Sequence record: GQ149088
Source of the DNA: Escherichia phage St-1
Length of the DNA stretch: 6,094 bases
Strand: one strand, 5' to 3'
Shown: positions 1-5,068 of the stretch, in pieces
Layout: the number at the start of each line of letters is the position of its first letter
Position numbering within the stretch: position 1 is the first letter of the stretch
The notes under the pieces: generated by a model
The model's database searches: none
What the model saw: the letters and a program-made list of their open reading frames with translations, nothing else
What the model was told of the DNA's origin: nothing
Position numbers and translations under genes: made by a program

Positions 1-64
1 TGTTGACATTCCCTGAGCCCTTATGAGACTCTTGCTTCAACGAAATGAAGTAGGAGTCTTTTTT

Positions 65-349
65 ATGAAGCCAGCTCACCGCCTTTATCATTCTGTGCTT
101 GGTTCTTGGTTGTTTAAGTGCCCTGTTTATATCCGTTATGAGTACCTTCATCATGGTCGTCTTATCAAGGTTCGCGCCGTTCGTGACCTTTCCCCGCGTC
201 AGCAGTTGATTGCCAATCCTAAAAATTGTTTGACGTCGTTATTGCCGAGATTGACGTTACTCACCTTTCTGTCACTTGGTATGATTTTGAGGCTGAAGAG
301 TATGCCGAGTGTGATTCCGGCACTATGGAACTTCTTCTTTCTCAGGTGA
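65..349 (+). CDS. Hypothetical basic protein, spacer ORF 1; only the N-terminal part (about 65-226) looks coding
   Basis: ATG at 65 preceded by AGGAG (52-56) with 8-nt spacing. From 65 to about 226 roughly 54% of codons end in T (manual count; CGT/CTT/GTT-rich like the known genes). The ORF track starts this frame at 23, but codons 23-64 lack that bias. After about 227 the bias in this frame falls to about 22% although the frame stays open to TGA 347-349. Product begins MKPAHRLYHSVLGSWLFKCPVYIRYEYLHHGRLIKVRAVRDL. No homolog recalled. Confidence 0.35.
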   Translation: MKPAHRLYHSVLGSWLFKCPVYIRYEYLHHGRLIKVRAVRDLSPRQQLIANPKNCLTSLLPRLTLLTFLSLGMILRLKSMPSVIPALWNFFFLR

Positions 350-432
350 ATTCTGGTGAGGTTATTCGTTCTTCTGAAGATCTGTTTGTTGATGTTGATG
401 ATATGGATTGGCTTTATGAGATTGCGGAGTAA
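226..432 (+). CDS. Hypothetical highly acidic protein, spacer ORF 2; start uncertain (TTG 226, internal ATG 325, or reached by frameshift from ORF 1)
   Basis: Frame 1 is open from 226 to TAA 430-432 with about 59% T-ending codons (manual count). Product is Asp/Glu-rich, ending SSEDLFVDVDDMDWLYEIAE. No convincing Shine-Dalgarno before TTG 226 or ATG 325. An in-frame TAA at 220-222 lies immediately upstream. Confidence 0.35.
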   Translation: MFDVVIAEIDVTHLSVTWYDFEAEEYAECDSGTMELLLSQVNSGEVIRSSEDLFVDVDDMDWLYEIAE

Positions 433-435
433 ATT

Positions 436-525
436 ATGGAGACTGTTATCGGAAAATTTATTGCTCTGGCTGTTGTTGCTCTTATGCTGTATGGAATTTC
501 CTGTTTGATTCGGAGGTTCCCGTGA
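436..525 (+). CDS. Hypothetical 29-aa hydrophobic peptide with a single predicted transmembrane helix, spacer ORF 3
   Basis: ATG 436 lies 3 nt after the ORF 2 stop and is preceded by GGAG (426-429, 6-nt spacing). Product METVIGKFIALAVVALMLYGISCLIRRFP has a hydrophobic core and a basic C-terminus. About 48% T-ending codons. Stop TGA 523-525. Confidence 0.35.
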   Translation: METVIGKFIALAVVALMLYGISCLIRRFP

Positions 526-698
526 AATATTTTAGTTTGGTTGATGAACATTATGCTTATTGCCCTGAGACAAGGATTCTGCATATCACTCGTAGTCGTG
601 TTTCTGACCCTCGTTATGAGCGTCGCTTTCTTACTGATGAGGAGCATTTTGCGCTTTTGGATTGGTTAAAAAATCGCCCGACTTATATTAATTCTTGA
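522..698 (+). CDS. Hypothetical 58-aa protein, spacer ORF 4
   Basis: GTG 522 overlaps the ORF 3 stop as GTGA, the same arrangement as the A/C junction, and is preceded by GGAGG (512-516, 5-nt spacing). About 62% T-ending codons (manual count). Product MKYFSLVDEHYAYCPETRILHITRSRVSDPRYERRFLTDEEHFALLDWLKNRPTYINS. Stop TGA 696-698 falls inside the -35 box of the gene A promoter. Not in the supplied ORF track (below its length cutoff). Confidence 0.4.
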   Translation: MKYFSLVDEHYAYCPETRILHITRSRVSDPRYERRFLTDEEHFALLDWLKNRPTYINS

Positions 699-724
699 CA
701 GACCTTTAAAATACCCACTATATT
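695..724 (+). promoter_or_regulatory. Sigma70-type promoter for gene A (pA)
   Basis: Perfect -35 TTGACA (695-700), 18-nt spacer, -10 TATATT (719-724), immediately upstream of gene A. Positionally equivalent to phiX174 pA in the H-A intergenic region. Confidence 0.55.
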
Positions 725-754
725 GCCCTCGCAGGTTTACTACGAGGGCTTTTT
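725..754 (+). terminator. Intrinsic-terminator-like hairpin (T_H equivalent), also the 5-prime leader structure of the A mRNA
   Basis: GCCCTCG (725-731) pairs with CGAGGGC (743-749), a 7-bp GC-rich stem with an 11-nt loop, followed by TTTTT (750-754). The 3-prime arm contains the likely gene A Shine-Dalgarno GAGGG (745-749). phiX174 has an analogous hairpin plus T-run just before the A start. Confidence 0.5.
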
Positions 755-757
755 CGC

Positions 758-2242
758 ATGGCTACTGAAATCTTCTCTGATGTTGTTAAGGCTGTTTGGT
801 CGCACGTTACGGCCAAGCATGCTCATCTTCGTATGGCTGTTCAGGTTGATAATCGTAGCCGCCTTCTCTCTGACCTTGTTTATCAGTTGGAAAAACGTCT
901 TTCTGAAGAGACTCATTTGGATGGTGAGACTCTTGCCGTTTATGAATCTCAGACCGCTCTTCTGGAGGATCATATGGCTCTGGTTCGGAAGTGTGCTGCC
1001 CAACTTGATAATAGTAACACTATAGACCACCGTACTCCTCTGGATGCCGAATGTGTTTTTCTGTTTGAAATGATTTGCCCAGGTGTTCGCTACGGTAAAA
1101 CGTTGAATTCTCTTTGGACTAAGTATGTAGCCCAGTGGCCTGAAAAGTTGATTCGTCATGAGCTTGATATGGTCAAGCCTTTATCCTTTAAGGATGAGGT
1201 TGCTAAGTACATGGAGAAAATGCAGGAAAAAACACGCAAGAACCGCATGACTCAGAAAGTAATTAATGAGATGCGTATTGCTCACCAGAAAGGCTGGTTC
1301 TTTGTATTTGATACACTGACCCTTGCTGATGACCGTTTGCAGGCTTTTAATGAAAACCCCAATGCTCTTCGTGATTATTTTAGGACTGTTGGTCGAGCTG
1401 TTCTGCGCGCTGAAGGTCGTTCGGTTAAGGATTCCTACAACGACTGCTATCGTTATCTTTGTGTGCCGGAGTTTGGAGGTCAGCACGGCCGTCTTCATTG
1501 GCACGTTGTGCATATGGTGCGGACTCTTCCTTTGGGAAGTCACGACCCTAATTTCGGTCGCAAGGTACGTAATTATCGCCAGATTAACTCGTTCCGTGGC
1601 ATGTGGCCCTATGGCTTCACGCAACCGATAGCTGTTCGCTATCAACATGACGCTTATTCTCGTAAAGGTTGGCTGTGGCCTGTTGACAAATCAGGAAAAG
1701 CAATGCAGAGTAAGCCGTATCAGGCGGTCGCATGGTATGTGACCAAGTATGTAGCCAAGCAATCTGACCAGCGTCAGAAAGCTATTACCGAGAGACAAAA
1801 GAAATGCAAGAATCCATTAATGGCAATCTGTCTGAAGAAAGAATTTCGGGTGCGCAGCAGTCGGAAGCTCGGAATGGAGCTCCCGTCAATGGCTCACCTG
1901 AGCAACAAAGTGCTTCTGGAACTGAGCCGAATCAGCTTCGATTCCAGCCCTCTGTATCAGATAGTGAAAGAGAACGCCAAAAAGCAATTGACCTTGAACA
2001 TCGGCGCGCTGCCTTTGCACGTCATTTTGGATGTGCGCCCGGAAGTGAGAAGCATGTTGAAAATTATTCGTCGTTTGATGAAAAAGACACCCGAGTTCAA
2101 TTGGCAGAGTTCTATCGCTTCAATGACGGTCACCTTAAAAAATGGGGATATTTCTGATGAAGCACGTCAATACATTATTGATGCAGGAATTACGCCTACT
2201 GATTTGCGAGCTAAAGCGACTCAGGCTTTCGGCGGTAAGTGA
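758..2242 (+). CDS. A: Replication initiation protein A (rolling-circle HUH endonuclease)
   Basis: 494-aa ORF alignable by recall to phiX174 protein A, including FVFDTLTLADDRL, NPNALRDYFR, a GRLHWHVVH HUH-like motif and the catalytic tyrosine pair in WYVTKYVAK. It contains the conserved origin sequence and ends in TGA 2240-2242. GAGGG lies 8 nt upstream of the ATG. Confidence 0.95.
   Translation: MATEIFSDVVKAVWSHVTAKHAHLRMAVQVDNRSRLLSDLVYQLEKRLSEETHLDGETLAVYESQTALLEDHMALVRKCAAQLDNSNTIDHRTPLDAECVFLFEMICPGVRYGKTLNSLWTKYVAQWPEKLIRHELDMVKPLSFKDEVAKYMEKMQEKTRKNRMTQKVINEMRIAHQKGWFFVFDTLTLADDRLQAFNENPNALRDYFRTVGRAVLRAEGRSVKDSYNDCYRYLCVPEFGGQHGRLHWHVVHMVRTLPLGSHDPNFGRKVRNYRQINSFRGMWPYGFTQPIAVRYQHDAYSRKGWLWPVDKSGKAMQSKPYQAVAWYVTKYVAKQSDQRQKAITERQKKCKNPLMAICLKKEFRVRSSRKLGMELPSMAHLSNKVLLELSRISFDSSPLYQIVKENAKKQLTLNIGALPLHVILDVRPEVRSMLKIIRRLMKKTPEFNWQSSIASMTVTLKNGDISDEARQYIIDAGITPTDLRAKATQAFGGK
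1001..1030 (+). other. Viral (+) strand origin of rolling-circle replication; protein A nick site predicted between G1007 and A1008
   Basis: CAACTTGATAATAGTAACACTATAGACCAC differs at only 2 of 30 positions from the phiX174 origin CAACTTGATATTAATAACACTATAGACCAC as I recall it, and sits inside gene A as in phiX174 and G4. Confidence 0.85.
1804..2157 (+). CDS. B: Internal scaffolding protein B
   Basis: 117-aa ORF embedded in gene A in a different frame. The C-terminus LAEFYRFNDGHLKKWGYF matches the phiX174 B C-terminus (PAEFYRFHDAEVNTFGYF). The Shine-Dalgarno is weak. Confidence 0.9.
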   Translation: MQESINGNLSEERISGAQQSEARNGAPVNGSPEQQSASGTEPNQLRFQPSVSDSERERQKAIDLEHRRAAFARHFGCAPGSEKHVENYSSFDEKDTRVQLAEFYRFNDGHLKKWGYF

Positions 2243-2318
2243 CCCGGATTTTTCTCAGGAGAAAATTCATGCTGAGCTCGACTCGCTATTACGCAAGTTA
2301 TCGCGCCACTTTGACTAA
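2157..2318 (+). CDS. K: Protein K (small non-essential protein)
   Basis: Not in the ORF track (53 codons). ATG 2157 overlaps the B stop (TGATG), reads in the third frame across the A/C junction and ends at TAA 2316-2318. Product MKHVNTLLMQELRLLICELKRLRLSAVSDPDFSQEKIHAELDSLLRKLSRHFD resembles phiX174 K (IKQELLLLVYEL...AQLEKLL) by recall. Confidence 0.7.
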   Translation: MKHVNTLLMQELRLLICELKRLRLSAVSDPDFSQEKIHAELDSLLRKLSRHFD

Positions 2319-2475
2319 GCAGTTGATGTTTCTTACAAAAGCTGACTTTACCAATGACGATGAGAAATGGCTTAACGCCTTTGGTAATCTTCTCCGTCAA
2401 TGGTTTCAGATTGAGGATTGGAAAGGCAATCATAAAAAATTGCTTGACGACTTGAAAAAACGTGATTATCTTTGA
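2239..2475 (+). CDS. C: Protein C (switch from RF replication to ssDNA synthesis and packaging); start is either GTG 2239 or ATG 2269
   Basis: The DDEKWLNAFG motif matches phiX174 C (DEEKWLNMLG). GTG 2239 overlaps the A stop as GTGA, mirroring the phiX174 ATGA overlap. ATG 2269 has a strong AGGAG (2257-2261, 7-nt spacing). Stop TGA 2473-2475. Confidence 0.85.
   Translation: MTRIFLRRKFMLSSTRYYASYRATLTKQLMFLTKADFTNDDEKWLNAFGNLLRQWFQIEDWKGNHKKLLDDLKKRDYL
2444..2472 (+). promoter_or_regulatory. Candidate promoter pD inside the 3-prime end of gene C
   Basis: TTGACG (2444-2449), 17-nt spacer, TATCTT (2467-2472), placed just ahead of the D ribosome-binding site. phiX174 has pD at the equivalent position. 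Confidence 0.4.
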
Positions 2476-2501
2476 CTCGAATCTTACATAAGGAGATACC
2501 T

Positions 2502-2954
2502 ATGAATATTGTTTCTGATGTTAATTACGCTACTTCTGTCGCTGCTCTTCGTATGCTTCAGGCTAGCGCTGTTCTGGATATCACTGAGGAAGATTTCGAC
2601 TTCCTGACTGGTGATAAGATTTGGATTGCCACCGACCGCAACCGTGCGCGTCGCTGTGTGGAGGCTTGTGTTTATGGAGCGCTGGACTTTGTCGGCTATC
2701 CTCGCTTTCCTGCTCCTGTTGAGTTTATTGCTGCCGTCATTGCTTATTATGTTCATCCCGTCAACATTCAGACAGCATGCCTCGTTATGGAAGGCGCGGA
2801 GTTTAGCGAAAACATTATTAATGGCGTCGAGCGTCCGGTTAACGCCGCTGAGCTCTTCGCGTACACCCTGCGTATTAAGGCAGGATTCAAAGAAACTGTA
2901 ATTGATGCCGAGGAAAATGCTCGTCAGAAATTACGCGCAAATGGACTGAAATGA
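2502..2954 (+). CDS. D: External scaffolding protein D
   Basis: 150 aa, near-identical over long stretches to phiX174 D by recall (RARRCVEACVYG, DFVGYPRFPAPVEFIAAVIAYYVHPVNIQTAC, NGVERPV). ATG 2502 is preceded by AGGAG (2491-2495); the track's TTG 2472 start is an artefact of ORF extension. Confidence 0.95.
   Translation: MNIVSDVNYATSVAALRMLQASAVLDITEEDFDFLTGDKIWIATDRNRARRCVEACVYGALDFVGYPRFPAPVEFIAAVIAYYVHPVNIQTACLVMEGAEFSENIINGVERPVNAAELFAYTLRIKAGFKETVIDAEENARQKLRANGLK
2674..2901 (+). CDS. E: Lysis protein E (MraY inhibitor), embedded in D in the +1 frame
   Basis: ATG 2674 preceded by GGAGG (2660-2664). The 75-aa product MERWTLSAILAFLLLLSLLLPSLLIMFIPSTF matches the phiX174 E transmembrane domain, including Pro21. 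The track's GTG 2611 start is probably an over-extension. Confidence 0.85.
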   Translation: MERWTLSAILAFLLLLSLLLPSLLIMFIPSTFRQHASLWKARSLAKTLLMASSVRLTPLSSSRTPCVLRQDSKKL

Positions 2955-2955
2955 T

Positions 2956-3030
2956 ATGAAGAAAGCACGTCGTTCTCCTAGTCGTCGTAAAGGTGCCCGC
3001 CTTTGGTATGTAGGCGGTTCTCAGTTTTAA
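2956..3030 (+). CDS. J: Small basic DNA-binding packaging protein J
   Basis: Not in the ORF track (24 codons). ATG 2956 lies 1 nt after the D stop. Product MKKARRSPSRRKGARLWYVGGSQF shares the conserved KGARLWYVGG...F C-terminus with phiX174 and G4 J. Stop TAA 3028-3030. Confidence 0.85.
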   Translation: MKKARRSPSRRKGARLWYVGGSQF

Positions 3031-3034
3031 TTAT

Positions 3035-3053
3035 GAGCCCTTCGGGGCTCTTT
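3035..3053 (+). terminator. J-F intergenic hairpin with UUCG tetraloop (terminator or mRNA-stabilising structure)
   Basis: GAGCCC (3035-3040), TTCG loop, GGGCTC (3045-3050), then TTT. phiX174 has an analogous GGGGC-TTCG-GCCCC hairpin after J. Confidence 0.5.
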
Positions 3054-3065
3054 AAGGAAAATTAA

Positions 3066-4361
3066 ATGTCTAATGTACAAACTTCCGCTGAACGTGAAAT
3101 TGTTGACCTTTCTCATCTTGCCTTTGACTGTGGCATGATTGGTCGTTTGAAAACTGTTTCATGGACTCCTGTTATTGCTGGCGATTCCTTTGAGCTTGAT
3201 GCTGTTGGCGCTTTGCGTCTTTCTCCTCTGCGTCGTGGTTTAGCTATTGACTCTAAGGTTGATTTTTTCACTTTCTATATTCCGCATCGCCATGTTTATG
3301 GTGACCAGTGGATTCAATTTATGCGTGATGGTGTTGATGCCGCACCACTCCCTTCCGTTACTACTACTCAGTATCCGGATGACGCTGGTTATGTTGGTAC
3401 TATTGTTCCTAAGAGCAACCGTATTCCTAAGTTTTTGCATCAGTCTTATCTGAATATTTATAATAACTATTTCCGTGCGCCGTGGATGCCTGAGCGTACT
3501 GAAGCTAATCCTTCAAATTTAGACCGTGATGATTCTCGCTATGGATTCCGTTGCTGCCATCTTAAAACTATTTGGTCTGCTCCTCTTCCTCCGGAAACTA
3601 AGCTCGCTGAGCAAATGGGCATTGAAAGCAATTCCATTGATATTATGGGTTTGCAGGCCGCTTATGCGCAGCTTCATACTGAGCAGGAGCGTACTTATTT
3701 CATGCAGCGTTATCGTGATGTTATCTCCAGCTTTGGCGGTTCAACCTCCTATGATGCCGATAACCGACCGTTGCTTGTTATGCACACCGATTTCTGGGCT
3801 TCCGGTTACGACGTTGACGGTACCGACCAATCTTCCCTCGGACAGTTTTCGGGTCGAGTCCAACAGACGTTTAAACACTCAGTGCCTCGATTCTTCGTGC
3901 CGGAGCATGGTGTCATGATGACTTTGATGCTGGTTCGCTTCCCGCCTATCAGTCCTTTGGAGCATCATTATCTTGTTGGTCGTAATAATTTGACTTATAC
4001 CGACCTTGCGGGTGACCCGGCTTTGATTGGTAATTTGCCGCCACGTGAGATTTCTTATCAGGATCTTTTCCGTGATGGTCGTCCGGGCATTAAGATTAAG
4101 GTTGCCGAGTCTATCTGGTATCGTACTCATCCGGATTATGTTAACTACAAGTATCAGTTACTTGAAGGTTTTCCGTTCCTTGATGATGCGCCCGGTACGA
4201 CTAGTGGTGATGACCTTCAGAAGGCTATTCTCATTGACCATAATGACTATAATGCCTGTTTCCAGTCTCAGCAGTTGCTTCAGTGGAATAATCAGGCTCG
4301 TTATAATGTCAATGTTTATCGTCATATTCCTACTGTTCGTGATTCTATTATGACCTCTTGA
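3066..4361 (+). CDS. F: Major capsid protein F
   Basis: 431 aa, alignable along its whole length to phiX174 F by recall (MSNVQTSAER, ALRLSPLRRGLAIDS, YGFRCCHLK, SIDIMGLQAAYA, QFSGRVQQT.KHSVPRFFVPEHG, TRDSIMTS). AAGGA lies 7 nt upstream. Confidence 0.97.
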   Translation: MSNVQTSAEREIVDLSHLAFDCGMIGRLKTVSWTPVIAGDSFELDAVGALRLSPLRRGLAIDSKVDFFTFYIPHRHVYGDQWIQFMRDGVDAAPLPSVTTTQYPDDAGYVGTIVPKSNRIPKFLHQSYLNIYNNYFRAPWMPERTEANPSNLDRDDSRYGFRCCHLKTIWSAPLPPETKLAEQMGIESNSIDIMGLQAAYAQLHTEQERTYFMQRYRDVISSFGGSTSYDADNRPLLVMHTDFWASGYDVDGTDQSSLGQFSGRVQQTFKHSVPRFFVPEHGVMMTLMLVRFPPISPLEHHYLVGRNNLTYTDLAGDPALIGNLPPREISYQDLFRDGRPGIKIKVAESIWYRTHPDYVNYKYQLLEGFPFLDDAPGTTSGDDLQKAILIDHNDYNACFQSQQLLQWNNQARYNVNVYRHIPTVRDSIMTS

Positions 4362-4364
4362 TTC

Positions 4365-4393
4365 ATGGGCCTTCGGGCCCATTAAGGATTTTT
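4365..4393 (+). terminator. F-G intergenic hairpin with UUCG tetraloop, followed by a T-run
   Basis: ATGGGCC (4365-4371), TTCG loop, GGCCCAT (4376-4382): a perfect 7-bp stem. TTTTT at 4389-4393 is separated from the stem by 6 nt and overlaps the gene G ribosome-binding site. Confidence 0.5.
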
Positions 4394-4394
4394 C

Positions 4395-4958
4395 ATGTAT
4401 CAAAATTTTGTTACTAAGCACGATACCGCCATTCAGACATCCCGTTTTTCTGTTACTGGTAGTATCACTCCTGTTGCGCCTACTGGTAATATCCCTGTTA
4501 TCAATGCTGGTAATATTACTGCTGAGCATGCTGTTGTTAATCTTTATGCTAATTTGACCGCTGGCACTTCTTCTGATGGTTCTTTTATTGTTGCTATGAA
4601 GGTTGACACCTCTCCTTCTGACCCTAACTGCGTTATCTCTGCTGGTGTTAACCTTAGCTTTGCTGGTACCTCATACCCGATTGTTGGTATTGTTCGTTTT
4701 GAGTCTGCTTTTGACCAGCCCACTTCTATTGCTGGTAGTCAGATTGAGCATTACCCAATTGAAATGTCTGTAGGTTCTGGTGGTGTTTGTTCTGCTCGCG
4801 ATTGCGCTACTGTTGATATTCATCCTCGCACTTTTGGCAATAATGTTTTTGTTGGTGTGATTTGTTCTAGTGCTAAATGGACCTCCGGTCGTGTGCTTGG
4901 TACCATCGCTACGACTCAGGTTATTCGTGAGTATCAGGTCCTTCAGCCGCTTAAATAA
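4395..4958 (+). CDS. G: Major spike protein G
   Basis: 187 aa with phiX174 G-like motifs (RFESA/RFESS, DC.T.D..PRT.GNNV.VG, VI.E...LQPLK C-terminus). AAGGA lies 6 nt upstream. Confidence 0.95.
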   Translation: MYQNFVTKHDTAIQTSRFSVTGSITPVAPTGNIPVINAGNITAEHAVVNLYANLTAGTSSDGSFIVAMKVDTSPSDPNCVISAGVNLSFAGTSYPIVGIVRFESAFDQPTSIAGSQIEHYPIEMSVGSGGVCSARDCATVDIHPRTFGNNVFVGVICSSAKWTSGRVLGTIATTQVIREYQVLQPLK

Positions 4959-5041
4959 AAGGCCGCCGCACTCCCGGTTATGTGTCTGCCCAGTGTAGGG
5001 CGGACCGAGCCGTACGGAGATACCCGATAAACTAGGAACGT

Positions 5042-5068
5042 GGAAGGCGTTAGCCGCCTTCCCTCCTG
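5042..5068 (+). promoter_or_regulatory. Candidate complementary (-) strand origin element: hairpin plus adjacent CTG primase start site
   Basis: GGAAGGCG (5042-5049) pairs with CGCCTTCC (5055-5062), a perfect 8-bp stem with loop TTAGC, followed by CTG at 5066-5068, within a 136-nt GC-rich G-H intergenic region. DnaG-dependent origins of G4-type phages are hairpins with a CTG initiation site. Confidence 0.4.

Noticed and set aside
3-32. TTGACA at 3-8 as a complete promoter
   Set aside because: No acceptable -10 hexamer at 16-18 nt spacing (AGACTC, GAGACT, GACTCT). Kept only as a low-interest note about a possible remnant or weak promoter.
23-64. ATG 23 as the start of the first spacer ORF (as listed in the track)
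   Set aside because: Codons 23-64 lack the T-ending bias and there is no Shine-Dalgarno before 23, whereas ATG 65 has AGGAG at ideal spacing. I treat 65 as the more likely start.
723-1025. 100-aa + strand ORF overlapping the gene A start in another frame
   Set aside because: Hydrophobic, Leu/Phe-rich translation typical of an out-of-frame read of a T-rich gene; it begins inside the pA -10 and hairpin, has no Shine-Dalgarno, and corresponds to no known microvirus gene.
1323-1631. 102-aa + strand ORF inside gene A
   Set aside because: Alternative-frame shadow of gene A; no ribosome-binding site and no resemblance to any known overlapping gene (B starts further downstream at 1804).
1683-1720. 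TTGACA at 1683-1688 as a promoter pB upstream of gene B
   Set aside because: No convincing -10 hexamer at 16-18 nt spacing downstream, so a pB promoter cannot be supported from sequence alone.
2472-2501. TTG 2472 as the gene D start, and GTG 2611 as the gene E start
   Set aside because: Both are ORF-finder extensions to the first possible start codon. The homologous phiX174 N-termini and strong Shine-Dalgarno sequences point to ATG 2502 for D and ATG 2674 for E.
3247-4353. Three alternative-frame + strand ORFs inside gene F (3247-3453, 3526-3918, 4027-4353)
   Set aside because: Leu/Ile/Val/Phe-rich translations characteristic of frame-shifted reads of a T-rich gene; no start-site signals. 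Capsid gene F has no known embedded genes in this family.
5010-5017. CCGTACGG palindrome in the G-H spacer as a hairpin or restriction-like site
   Set aside because: Self-complementary but too short to form a stable hairpin (3-bp arms with a 2-nt loop). Possibly part of a larger imperfect structure that I cannot fold reliably by eye.
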